A stretch of DNA of 25,756 bases from an uncultured Acidimicrobiia bacterium (GCA_963836205.1 CAWIIV010000005.1:1-25756); one strand, 5' to 3'. Shown: positions 1 through 8,683, numbered from the stretch's first letter. A program made the numbers and translations. Notes: generated by a model from the letters alone, not told the origin.

Positions 1-210
1 AACGGGCGCCAGGGCCGATGTGGTCACGCCCGACCCCCCACCGGCGGCCGTCGTCGGCGTCGACCCGGGGGCCGAGATGGGACTCGCCCCGTCGTCCGAG
101 TCCGATCCGCTGCAGGCCACCATCGCCGCCAGGAGGAAGCCCACCAACCCGGCCCGCCTCGTGGTTCTTCGCAGGCCCGCGTTCGTCGTCGTGGTGCTCA
201 GCGTCGCCAT
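1..210 (-). CDS. Putative lipoprotein, N-terminal part only (runs off left edge)
   Basis: Own translation from ATG at 210: MATLSTTTTNAGLRRTTRRAGLVGFLLAAMVAC-SGSDSDDGASPISAPGSTPTTAAGGGSG... Basic n-region, hydrophobic core, lipobox-like MVAC, then an S/G/T/P linker. AGAGG lies upstream. Not in the ORF track because there is no stop in the window. Confidence 0.65.
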   Translation of the reverse strand, partial: MATLSTTTTNAGLRRTTRRAGLVGFLLAAMVACSGSDSDDGASPISAPGSTPTTAAGGGSGVTTSALAPV

Positions 211-290
211 CGTCCGCCTCTATGTCGCCCGCCGGGCGACGAAGGAGCAAGCGTATACGCCCGATCAGCCGGGTTCGACGGCGGGCCGGG

Positions 291-380
291 GACGAAGCGG
301 TATCCCATGTCCGGTTCGGTCAGGAGGTAGAGGGGCTGCGAGGGGTTGTGCTCCAGGATCGTCGACGCCGGTAGCTGCGC
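291..380 (-). pseudogene. Relic of the C-terminus of a KdpE/OmpR-family response regulator
   Basis: Minus strand reads AQLPASTILEHNPSQPLYLLTEPDMGYRFV, resembling the KdpE tail AQLRRKLExDPSxPxxLLTEPGMGYRF. No receiver domain is recognisable upstream. Confidence 0.5.
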
Positions 381-576
381 TGACCCGCAATTCTCGAGTA
401 GATGCCCCTTACTGGCGTCCGGGCCGGCCGATGTGTACAGATCGACGGCTCGGGGCGCGCTGGCGACGTGCGGTGGTGTGCCCAGAACGTGGCCCCAATA
501 ATGCTGGTCCCCTGCCGTTGCCAGCGTGTCCCCGAGGTGCCGTTGGCGGACAGGGCCGACGTTGCCTGACGCGGCA

Positions 577-1233
577 CTAGGTCCCGACGCAGACCTTGAC
601 GTTGAGGTGGCCGGTGCCGGTGGCGCCCCACAGGCGCAGCCAGAGGGGCAGGTACATCTCCATCCCCCGGGCGGCGCCGATGTCGCCCAGGTCGAGGAGG
701 TCGGCGGCGGGCCAGCCGAAGCTCTCCAGCACCGCCCGCACCTCGTCCTTGGCGTCGGCGTCGTTGCCGCACAGGAACATGGTGTGCGACCCGGGGACGA
801 TCTCGGGGTGCACCATCACGTCGGCGTTGACCGTGTTGAGGGACTTGACCACTCGCACGGCGGGGAACCGGGCCTGGAGCTGCTCGCCCACGGAGTCGGT
901 GTTGCAGACCGAGAGGGTCGGCGGCATGCCCTTCGAGAAGTCGAGGGGGTTGGAGACGTCGAGCACGACCTTGCCCGCCAGGTTGTCCTCGCCGGCGGCG
1001 GTGAGGACCTCGACCGACACCGAGCCCGCGGTGGCGTTGACCACCAGCTCGCCGAAGGCGGCGGCGTCGGCGAAGGTGCCGGCCGAGGCGGACGGCCCGA
1101 GGCCCGCGGCCCAGGCCGCCGCCTTCTCGTTGCCGGCCTGGCGGGCGCCCATCATCACCTGGTGGCCCAGGCCGGCCAGCCGGGTGCCGAGGGTCTGGCC
1201 GACCACGCCCGTTCCCAGCATCGCAACCTTCAT
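577..1233 (-). CDS. NADPH-dependent F420 reductase-like / NADP oxidoreductase (F420_oxidored family)
   Basis: N-terminal Rossmann motif LGTGVVG; DVSNPL and VVKSLNT motifs; AAAGGAG RBS. Confidence 0.88.
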   Translation of the reverse strand: MKVAMLGTGVVGQTLGTRLAGLGHQVMMGARQAGNEKAAAWAAGLGPSASAGTFADAAAFGELVVNATAGSVSVEVLTAAGEDNLAGKVVLDVSNPLDFSKGMPPTLSVCNTDSVGEQLQARFPAVRVVKSLNTVNADVMVHPEIVPGSHTMFLCGNDADAKDEVRAVLESFGWPAADLLDLGDIGAARGMEMYLPLWLRLWGATGTGHLNVKVCVGT

Positions 1234-1297
1234 CGGTCTCCTTTGGTGGATGGGGCCTGGTCAGGACCATAGGCCGCCCGGTCGTACGATCGCGCGG

Positions 1298-1810
1298 GTG
1301 AGGAACGTGCTGGAGGTGGTGGACGACGGGGTGGCCCTGGCCTTCTCGTTCGACGAGATGCTCCGCTACAGCGGACCCGGCAGCCCGGCCGGAGTGGCCA
1401 TGGCCTTCAAGGCCATGGAGCTGGCCTTTCCCCTCCTCGATCCCGAGTGGCCCCTCGAGCGCCGCCGGATCGTGATCGAGACCGCTTTCCGAGGGCCGGG
1501 CGCCCGTGACGCGTTCGAGCTCGTCACCCGGGGCCTGACCGAGGGGCGCTACCTCGTCGACGCCGCCCTCGAGCGTCCCGATCGGGGCACCACCCTGGAG
1601 CAGTTCGTCTTCCGTCCCCGCTACGGCGACGCCGCGGTGACGCTCCTCGTGCGGGAGGGGCAGGTCACCGACGAGTTCGTGGCCATGGCCCGCAAGCCCG
1701 ACCGCACTCCCGCCGACGAGGCCCGCTTCACCGCCCTCAAGCAGGCGATGGCCGACCGCCTCATGGCCAGCGCCCCGGCCGACATCTTCGAGGTCGAGCC
1801 CGCCGGCTGA
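1298..1810 (+). CDS. Conserved hypothetical protein, FmdE-like
   Basis: 3' part of ORF 596..1810: VRNVLEVVDDG...YSGPGSPAGVAMAFKAM...GPGARDAFELVTR. GTG start 7 nt after a TACGAT -10. The FmdE similarity is by recollection only. Confidence 0.7.
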   Translation: MRNVLEVVDDGVALAFSFDEMLRYSGPGSPAGVAMAFKAMELAFPLLDPEWPLERRRIVIETAFRGPGARDAFELVTRGLTEGRYLVDAALERPDRGTTLEQFVFRPRYGDAAVTLLVREGQVTDEFVAMARKPDRTPADEARFTALKQAMADRLMASAPADIFEVEPAG

Positions 1811-1845
1811 CGGGCGGTCCGATCGGCAGTCCGGTTGACCGGCGG

Positions 1846-2442
1846 TCAGCTGGCGGCGGGGAGCTTTTCCACCCGGTCGCCCACCCGCACCGTCCCGCCC
1901 GTGATCACCTTGGCGTTGATCCCCCGCAGGCGCAGGCTGCGTCCCGCCCGGGAGTTCACGAAGCGGAGGGCGGCCCCACCGAAGTGAGCGGAGAACTTGG
2001 GACAGCCGAGATGGGGCTGGTCGGTGACCTCGATGACGGCCGATCCGAGGGCCAGTCGGGATCCCGGCGGCAGGTTGTCGACGCTCAGGTCGAGGTCGAG
2101 ATAGAGCTGGTCGCCGGCCAGGGCCCGCCGGTCGGGGTCGACGGCCAGCAAGGCCGCGACCCGGGAGTTCATGACGTTGAGCTGCATGTCGGGGTGCGAC
2201 GACCCGTCGGGGGTGTCGGGGCTGCCCAGCACCCGCCAGCCGTCCCCGACCAGGCCGAGGTCGGGGTCGAGCGTCCCCTCGGCCAGGATTCGGCGCGCTC
2301 CCGGCGACGGCCGGCGGACGATCAGCTCGACCCGCCCGCCGTCCGCCGGCGACCGGGCGATGTCGTCCAGGCCCGCGGCCAGCTCGTCCCTCGTCCGGTG
2401 GTGCACGGCCTGAGCTTCGCCGACCTCCCCGGGATGTGCCAC
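1846..2442 (-). CDS. MOSC domain-containing protein
   Basis: GLVGDGW, LAGDQLYLDLDLS, LGSAVIEVTDQPHLGCPKF, LRGINAKVITGGTVRVGD. Start uncertain (2406/2442/2466). Confidence 0.85.
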   Translation of the reverse strand: MAHPGEVGEAQAVHHRTRDELAAGLDDIARSPADGGRVELIVRRPSPGARRILAEGTLDPDLGLVGDGWRVLGSPDTPDGSSHPDMQLNVMNSRVAALLAVDPDRRALAGDQLYLDLDLSVDNLPPGSRLALGSAVIEVTDQPHLGCPKFSAHFGGAALRFVNSRAGRSLRLRGINAKVITGGTVRVGDRVEKLPAAS

Positions 2443-2472
2443 CGAAATACGGGTGGCCGGTAGCATGAGGGC

Positions 2473-3873
2473 GTGCCGGATCGGGCGCCGGAAGGCGAAA
2501 GTCTCGGCGTCGAGCTGCTCGGCGACGGCCTGAGCGCTCCCTGTATCGACGGTCTCCAGCGGCCCTACCTGTCCCTCGACGCGGCCGCGTCCACCAGCGC
2601 CCTGCCACCCGTCGCCCAGCGGGTCGCCGACTTCATGCCCCGGTACTCGAGCGTGCACCGGGGGGCGGGGTGGAAGTCGCAGCTGGCCACCGCCGAGTAC
2701 GAGGAGGCCCGGGCCGCGGCCCTCGCCTTCGCCGGCAAGGACGAGGCCACCGACGTGGCCATCATCTGCCGCAACACCACCGAGGCCGTCAACCACCTCG
2801 CCTACCGGCTGCGGCTGGCGCCCGACGACGTCGTGGTCACCACCGTCGTCGAGCACCACGCCAACCTCCTCCCCTGGGCCCGCCTGGCTCGCCGCCGGTA
2901 CGTGGAGTGCGGGCCCGACGGCACCTTCGACGCCGACGAAGTGGCGGCCGTCCTCGACGACGGGCCCCGGCCCCGGCTGCTGACCGTCACCGGTGCGTCC
3001 AACGTCACCGGCTGGATTCCACCCACCGACGACATCGTGGCCGCGGCCCACGAGCGGGGAATCCCGGTGCTGGTCGACGCGGCCCAGCTGGCGGCCCACC
3101 GCCCGCTTCCCGCCAGCGCCGATTTCCTCGCCTGGAGCGGTCACAAGATGTACGCCCCGTACGGCGGGGGTGTTCTGGTCGGCCCCCGGTCGACCTTCGA
3201 GACGGGCGACCCTTTCCTGGCCGGCGGGGGGGCCGTCGACCTGGTCGACCTCGACGAGGTGGTGTGGACCGACCCGCCCGAGCGGGAGGAGGCGGGCTCG
3301 CCCAACGTCGTGGGTGCGATCGCCCTCCACGCCGCCATCGACGAGCTGGCCAAGCTCGGCTGGCCCGCCATCGTCGCCCACGACGACGCCATGGCCGACC
3401 GCCTCCGCCACGGGCTGGCCGCCATCGACGGCGTGCACCTGCTGGGCCCGGCCCTGGGGGCGCCCACCCTGCCCCTGGCCACGTTCGTGGTCGACGGCGT
3501 CCACCACGCCCTGGTCGCGGCCCGGCTGAGCGCGGAGCACGCCATCGGCGTCCGCCACGGGTGCTTCTGCGCCCACCCCTACCTCCTGCGCCTGCTCGGC
3601 CTCGACGAGGGCGAGGTCGCCTCGTACCGGTCGGCCGTGCTTCGGGGCGACCGGCGCCACATCCCGGGCGCGGTGCGGGCCAGCGCCGGGCTGTCGACCA
3701 CTGCGGCCGACATCGACCGCTTCCTGGCCGCCGTAGCCGCCATCGCCGGTGGCGACGACCCGCCCGTCCCCTACGACCAGGACCCGGGGACCGGCGACTA
3801 CTGGCCCCGCACCGACGATCCCGACTGGTCGACCGCCGCCCGCCGTCCGGGAACATCCTGCGCCCGAGGCTGA
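2473..3873 (+). CDS. Cysteine desulfurase, SufS-like (aminotransferase class V)
   Basis: LDAAAST, EHHANLLPW, DAAQ, SGHKMY (PLP Lys), EAGSPN, catalytic loop GVRHGCFCAHP. Confidence 0.9.
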   Translation: MPDRAPEGESLGVELLGDGLSAPCIDGLQRPYLSLDAAASTSALPPVAQRVADFMPRYSSVHRGAGWKSQLATAEYEEARAAALAFAGKDEATDVAIICRNTTEAVNHLAYRLRLAPDDVVVTTVVEHHANLLPWARLARRRYVECGPDGTFDADEVAAVLDDGPRPRLLTVTGASNVTGWIPPTDDIVAAAHERGIPVLVDAAQLAAHRPLPASADFLAWSGHKMYAPYGGGVLVGPRSTFETGDPFLAGGGAVDLVDLDEVVWTDPPEREEAGSPNVVGAIALHAAIDELAKLGWPAIVAHDDAMADRLRHGLAAIDGVHLLGPALGAPTLPLATFVVDGVHHALVAARLSAEHAIGVRHGCFCAHPYLLRLLGLDEGEVASYRSAVLRGDRRHIPGAVRASAGLSTTAADIDRFLAAVAAIAGGDDPPVPYDQDPGTGDYWPRTDDPDWSTAARRPGTSCARG

Positions 3874-3890
3874 TACACCAGAGGGGACCC

Positions 3891-4181
3891 ATGCCCGACA
3901 CCTGCACCCATCTCGACCAGGCCGCCGCCGTCTCGCCCCACGCCGACGGGTGCGAGGACTGCCTGGCCATCGGCGGGCGGTGGGTCCACCTGCGGCTGTG
4001 CATGGCGTGCGGCCACGTGGGCTGCTGCGACAGCTCCCCCAACCGCCACGCCACCGCCCACTTCCGCAGCACCGCCCACCCCCTGATCCAGACCTACGAG
4101 CCCGGTGAGGAGTGGTGGTGGTGCTACGTCGACGAGGTCGCCTTCCTCGTCCCCGGCGCCCCCTCGTTCCACCACCCGTGA
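3891..4181 (+). CDS. UBP-type zinc finger domain protein
   Basis: CTH...GCEDC...WVHLRLCMACGHVGCCDSSPNRHATAH...WWWCYVD; GAGGGG RBS. Confidence 0.92.
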   Translation: MPDTCTHLDQAAAVSPHADGCEDCLAIGGRWVHLRLCMACGHVGCCDSSPNRHATAHFRSTAHPLIQTYEPGEEWWWCYVDEVAFLVPGAPSFHHP

Positions 4182-4185
4182 CTTC

Positions 4186-4206
4186 GACCCCGGAGCCGCC
4201 GGGGTC
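4186..4206 (+). terminator. GC hairpin just after the zf-UBP stop
   Basis: GACCCCGG-agccg-CCGGGGTC, perfect 8-bp stem, no U tract. Confidence 0.35.
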
Positions 4207-4298
4207 ACGGCCCGGCCGCCGAGCGGTTTCGGAAAGAAATCGAGGCGACTGACCGGTCTGTCTTGCATAGCGGCGCGGAACCCGCCAACATATGGGCC

Positions 4299-4345
4299 GG
4301 CGCCCTTCTCGGCTGGTCCGCCGTCAGCCGAGTGGGCGCCCTTTT
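4299..4345 (+). terminator. Long stem-loop with T tract (intrinsic terminator, possibly bidirectional)
   Basis: GGCGCCC-tt-CTCGGCTG-gtccgccgt-CAGCCGAG-t-GGGCGCC followed by CTTTT, between convergent genes. Confidence 0.65.
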
Positions 4346-4361
4346 CGCGCCCGGAGAGCGT

Positions 4362-5867
4362 TCAGGCGGGGAGGCTGATGGTGACCTCGGTGCCGACGCC
4401 GGGGGTCGACCGCAGTGCCACTGCCCCCCCGTGGAGCTCGACGATCCCCTTCACGATCACCAGGCCCAGCCCGGTGCCGGCGATGGCCAGCTCCTGGGCG
4501 TTGGACGACCGGAAGAACCGCTCGAAGACCCGCGACTGCTCGTCCTCGGGGATGCCGAGGCCGGTGTCGGCCACCACCAGCGCCACCGTGTCGCCCTGCC
4601 GGCCCACCGAGACCGAGATCCGGCCGCCGTCGGGCGTGAACTTGACCGCGTTGCTCAACAGGTTGATGAGGACCCGGTCGAGGTGCTCGGCGTCGGCGGT
4701 GACGGTCATGGCGTCGTCGGCCACGTCGACCGTGAGCTTCAGCTCCCGTCCCGACAGGGCCGGGGCCATGGCCGCCACCGCCGACTCGATCAGCAGTGGA
4801 ACCGCCACCGGCGTCAGCGTCAGCCGGATCTTGCCCGCCTCCACGCCCGACACCGTCAGCAGGTCCTCGATGCGGTTGAGGAGCCGCCGGCTGTTGCGGC
4901 TGATCACCTCCAGCATGCGGGTCTGCTGGACGTTGAGCGGCCCCGCGTCGCCGTCGCCGAGCATCTCCAGGTAGCCCAGCATGCTGGTGACGGGCGTCCG
5001 CAGCTCGTGGCTGACGCTGGACACGAAGTCGTTCTTGTCGCGGTCGAGGCGGGTCAGGCGGTCGACCACCTCCCGCTCCCGGGCCAGGAGCTGGCGCTGG
5101 AGGGCCTCGGCCGCCTCCGCCTGGTCCACCGCCACCCGTAGCTGCTCGTTGAGCTCGGCCAGCTCCACGTTGCGGGCGGCGTAGACCTCGGCCAGGAGCT
5201 GGGCCGCCTCCACCCGGACGTGCTCGGCCTCCGCCATCATCGCCTGCGCCCGCTTGGACGGCGTGATGTCGAAGCCCACGCCCTGGAAGTAGGCCAACCG
5301 GCCGGCGTCGTCGCGGATGAGGCGGGCCTCGCCCAGGATCCAGACCTCCTCGCCGTCGCGGGAGATGAAGCGCACCTCGGCCCGGAACGGCCCCCCCGTC
5401 TGCACGCCCCGGGTGAAGGCCTCGATCACCACGTCGTGGTCGTCGGGGTGGAGCTGGGAGTACCAGAGGAGGGGGTTGGTGAGCCACTCCTGCTGGGTGA
5501 ACCCGAGCACGGTCTCGATGTGGGGGCTGACGTAGACCTCGTTGTCGGCGTCGCCGAGGGCGGCGGAGAACACCACCGCCGGCACCTGTTCCACGAGGGA
5601 CTGGAAGCGGACCTCCGATCGACGCACGTTGGCGGCCAGCTGGTCGCGCTCGCTGAGGTCGGCGTCGTCGCCCGGATGGGCGGCGCCACCGTGGTGGTGG
5701 CCGGCGGTCGGCCACACGACTCGCTCCCGGTCGCCGATGCCCACCCGTCCCGGGAAGACCACCTCGGCCAGGCGGAGCATGGCCTCCAGGGCCTCGCTGT
5801 CGCCGACGGCCATCGCCGCCAGGTGCGCCTCCAGCCCGGCCACGTCGACGGGGCCGGTGTCGCTCAC
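4362..5867 (-). CDS. Cytoplasmic PAS/PAC sensor histidine kinase (HisKA + HATPase_c)
   Basis: PAS: YVSPHIETVLGF...LHPDD...DIT. H-box SHELRTP, N-box NLLSNAVKFT, G1 DTGLGI, F-box VFERFFR, G2 GTGLGL. No transmembrane segment seen. Confidence 0.93.
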   Translation of the reverse strand: MSDTGPVDVAGLEAHLAAMAVGDSEALEAMLRLAEVVFPGRVGIGDRERVVWPTAGHHHGGAAHPGDDADLSERDQLAANVRRSEVRFQSLVEQVPAVVFSAALGDADNEVYVSPHIETVLGFTQQEWLTNPLLWYSQLHPDDHDVVIEAFTRGVQTGGPFRAEVRFISRDGEEVWILGEARLIRDDAGRLAYFQGVGFDITPSKRAQAMMAEAEHVRVEAAQLLAEVYAARNVELAELNEQLRVAVDQAEAAEALQRQLLAREREVVDRLTRLDRDKNDFVSSVSHELRTPVTSMLGYLEMLGDGDAGPLNVQQTRMLEVISRNSRRLLNRIEDLLTVSGVEAGKIRLTLTPVAVPLLIESAVAAMAPALSGRELKLTVDVADDAMTVTADAEHLDRVLINLLSNAVKFTPDGGRISVSVGRQGDTVALVVADTGLGIPEDEQSRVFERFFRSSNAQELAIAGTGLGLVIVKGIVELHGGAVALRSTPGVGTEVTISLPA

Positions 5868-5885
5868 TCCGTCACCGACCCGGGG

Positions 5886-7658
5886 TCACCGGACCCCGAG
5901 CGTGGGGCCGTGGAGGGCCCGGTGCACCTTTCCCCCGCCCAGATAGAGGTGGACGCCGCAGGGCAGGCAGGGGTCGAAGCTGCGGACGGTGCGCATGATG
6001 TCGATGCCCTTGAACTGGTCGGCCCCGTTCTCCTCGAACACCGGCGATCCCGCGACCGCGTCCTCATAGGGGCCGGCGGTGCCGAACGAGTCCCGGGGGC
6101 TGGCGTTCCAGCAGGTGGGCGGGTACGGGTGGTAGTTGGCGATGCGGCCCTTGCGGATCACCATGTGGTGGGACAGGACGCCCCGTACCGCCTCGTGGAA
6201 CCCGCACGAGACGGCCTCGTCGGGCACCTCGAACGGCGTCCACACGTCGAGCCGGCCCGCGCTCACCTCCGCCATCGCCTGTTCCAGGAAGTGGAAGGCG
6301 ATGGACGCGCTGTAGGCCTGGAAGTAGGTGCGGGCCCGGTCGCGCTCGATGGTGTTCGACCACCGCGGCACCCGCCAGGTGAGCTCGGTCTCGGGTAGGT
6401 GGGCGGTGCGGGGGAGGCGGATGCGCACCGACCCGTCGCCCGGCGCGTCGACGTAGGAGGTGTGCACCCGGCCGGCCAGGGCGGTGACCCACAGCCGGGC
6501 GAGGGGGCCTCCGCCGGTGTCGAGGGCGAGATGCTCTCCGGTGCGGGCATCGAGCCACCGGGGCGACATCACCCACGTGTAGTGGCCGCCCGGCTCGAAG
6601 TTGCGCCGCTGGGGCCGGGGCGAGGTGGTCTGGTTCCAGGGATGGCGCTGGTCGACGGGGTGGCCCAGGGGGTCGTGGGTGACGAAGGTCTCCCCCTCGG
6701 CCCAGTCCTCGTAGAACGAGCTGCCGAGCAGGATCCGCATCCCCAGGTTGATCTCGACCAGGTCGGTGGTGACCAGATCGCCGTCGACCACGATGCCGGG
6801 CGTGACGAACATGTCGCGGCCCCACGAGGTCATGTGGTCGTAGCGGAAGTCGCACGTCTCCGGGTTCTGGAACGAGCCCCACGAGCCGAGCAGCACCCGC
6901 CGCCGGCCGACCTCCTCGTAACCGGGCAGGGCCTCGTACATGAAGTCGAAGAGGTCGTCGTGGAGAGGGACGATGCGCTTGAGGTGCTCGACGTACTTCA
7001 CCAGCCGCACCAGGTAGTCGTCGAAGAGCTGGACCGTGGGCACGGTGCCGACGCCGCCCGGGTACAACAGCGACGGGTGGACGTGGCGCCCTTCCATCAG
7101 GCAGAACATCTCCCGGGTGAGGCGGCTCATCTTGAGCGCCTCCAGGTACAGGGCGCCCTCCATGGGGTTGAAGGCCCGCATGATGTCGGCGATGGTGCGG
7201 TAGCCGTGGACGTCGGCGTGGGGCGACTCGGTGACCTCGGCCCGGGCCAGCACCGCGGGGTTGGTCTCCCCCACCATGCGGGCGCAGAAGTCCACCCCCA
7301 CCAGGTTCTCCTGGTAGAGGTTGTGGTCGAACATGTACTCGGCCGCCTCGGCCAGGTTGACGATCCACTCGGCCAGGTGCGGGGGCTTGATCCCGTAGGC
7401 CATCTGCTGGGCGTAGACGGAGGCGGTGGCGTGGTTGTCGCCGCAGATGCCGCAGATGCGACTGGTGATCTGGTGGGCGTCGCGGGGGTCCTTGCCCTTC
7501 ATGAACACGCTGTAGCCCCGGAAGATCGACGACGTGCTGTGGCAGCGCACCACCTTGCGGTCACGGAAGTCGATGCGGGCGTGGATGCCGAGGCTGCCGA
7601 CGATGCGGGTGATCGGGTCCCACGTCTTGTCGACCAGGTGGGGGCCGGTGTCGGTCAC
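5886..7658 (-). CDS. hhyL: Group 1h [NiFe]-hydrogenase large subunit
   Basis: WDPITRIVGSLG, L1 SRICGICGDNH, L2 SFDPCLPCGVH plus C-terminal extension. GTG start at 7658 overlaps the hhyS stop (GTGA). Confidence 0.93.
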   Translation of the reverse strand: MTDTGPHLVDKTWDPITRIVGSLGIHARIDFRDRKVVRCHSTSSIFRGYSVFMKGKDPRDAHQITSRICGICGDNHATASVYAQQMAYGIKPPHLAEWIVNLAEAAEYMFDHNLYQENLVGVDFCARMVGETNPAVLARAEVTESPHADVHGYRTIADIMRAFNPMEGALYLEALKMSRLTREMFCLMEGRHVHPSLLYPGGVGTVPTVQLFDDYLVRLVKYVEHLKRIVPLHDDLFDFMYEALPGYEEVGRRRVLLGSWGSFQNPETCDFRYDHMTSWGRDMFVTPGIVVDGDLVTTDLVEINLGMRILLGSSFYEDWAEGETFVTHDPLGHPVDQRHPWNQTTSPRPQRRNFEPGGHYTWVMSPRWLDARTGEHLALDTGGGPLARLWVTALAGRVHTSYVDAPGDGSVRIRLPRTAHLPETELTWRVPRWSNTIERDRARTYFQAYSASIAFHFLEQAMAEVSAGRLDVWTPFEVPDEAVSCGFHEAVRGVLSHHMVIRKGRIANYHPYPPTCWNASPRDSFGTAGPYEDAVAGSPVFEENGADQFKGIDIMRTVRSFDPCLPCGVHLYLGGGKVHRALHGPTLGVR

Positions 7659-8677
7659 CCGCCGGTCGGCGGGTCGTCGCCCGCGGTCCGCAGTCCCTTC
7701 GGCAGCGGCCCTCGCCACTCCGGTTCGACGTTCATCGACGCACGGGTCACGTTGCGCAGGGCCCGTACCGACCGTCCGTAGAGCAGCACCGCCGACGACG
7801 ACATCCTCGCCCCCGGGGGCTCGTCGAGGAAGGGCTGGAACTTGTCGGGGAAGCCGGGCATGGTGCAGCCGATGCACGTGCCGCCGACGTTGGCGCAGCC
7901 GCCGACGCCGTTCATCCACCCCCGCTTGCCCACGTTGCAGTCGACCACCGGTCCCCAGCACCCGAGCTTGACGATGCACTTGGACGACCCGTATTCGCCG
8001 GCGAAGTCGCCCTGCTCGTAGTAGCCGCCCCGGTCGCAGTTCTCGTGGAGGGTCTGGCCGAACAGCCACTTGGGGCGCAGGACGTGGTCGAGCGGGATCG
8101 GCGGGGCCAGCCCGGCCAGCTGGCGGACCAGGTAGAGCAGGGTCTCGGTGCAGTTGTCGGGCTGGATCGGGCAGCCGGGCAGGTTGACGATGGGCATGCC
8201 GCCCTGCGAGCGCCAGTCCCAGCCCAGGTAGTCGGCCAGGCCCATGGCGCCGGTGGGGTTGCCGGCCATGCCGTGGATGCCGCCGTAGGCGGCGCAGGTG
8301 CCCACCGCCATCACCGCCCACGCCTTGGCCGTGAGCCGGTCGACCCAGGTGGTGGTGGGGATGGGCTGGCCGGTCGCGGGGTCGGTGCCGAAGCCGGCCC
8401 AACACCCCTCCTCGTTGCCCGTCTCGTCGGGGATGGAGCCCTCGATGACCAGGATGAAGGGGTCGAGCTTGCCCGCCGCCGCGTCCTCAAACCCGGCCAG
8501 GAACTCGTCGCCCACCTCGTAGGCCAGCACCGGGTGGTGGAAACGGACGCGGGGCACACCGGGGAAGGCGCCCAGCACGAGGTCCTCCAGGCTGGGCTGG
8601 GTGGCGGCGGTCATGGCGATCGAGTCGCCGTCACAACTGAGGCCGGCGGTGAGCCACAGGACCGGCACCTGCTCCAT
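7655..8677 (-). CDS. hhyS: Group 1h [NiFe]-hydrogenase small subunit
   Basis: LSCDGDS (Asp-ligated proximal cluster typical of 1h), GTCAAYGG, PGCP, HENCDR, KCIVKLGCWGP, GGCANVGGTCIGCTMPGFPD. No Tat signal. Confidence 0.93.
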   Translation of the reverse strand: MEQVPVLWLTAGLSCDGDSIAMTAATQPSLEDLVLGAFPGVPRVRFHHPVLAYEVGDEFLAGFEDAAAGKLDPFILVIEGSIPDETGNEEGCWAGFGTDPATGQPIPTTTWVDRLTAKAWAVMAVGTCAAYGGIHGMAGNPTGAMGLADYLGWDWRSQGGMPIVNLPGCPIQPDNCTETLLYLVRQLAGLAPPIPLDHVLRPKWLFGQTLHENCDRGGYYEQGDFAGEYGSSKCIVKLGCWGPVVDCNVGKRGWMNGVGGCANVGGTCIGCTMPGFPDKFQPFLDEPPGARMSSSAVLLYGRSVRALRNVTRASMNVEPEWRGPLPKGLRTAGDDPPTGG

Positions 8678-8683
8678 GCGATC

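Noticed and set aside
20-580. 186-aa plus-strand ORF with a hydrophobic patch
   Set aside because: The antisense frame gives a convincing lipoprotein N-terminus with an RBS, and the rest of the plus ORF is low-complexity, so it is treated as a shadow.
5950-5985. Possible [NiFeSe] hydrogenase
   Set aside because: The L2 motif DPCLPC has two ordinary Cys codons and no in-frame TGA.
7659-8405. ~250-aa N-terminal extension of the hydrogenase large subunit in the ORF track
   Set aside because: It overlaps hhyS in another frame and is Arg/Pro/Gly-rich noise. Homology starts near the GTG at 7658.
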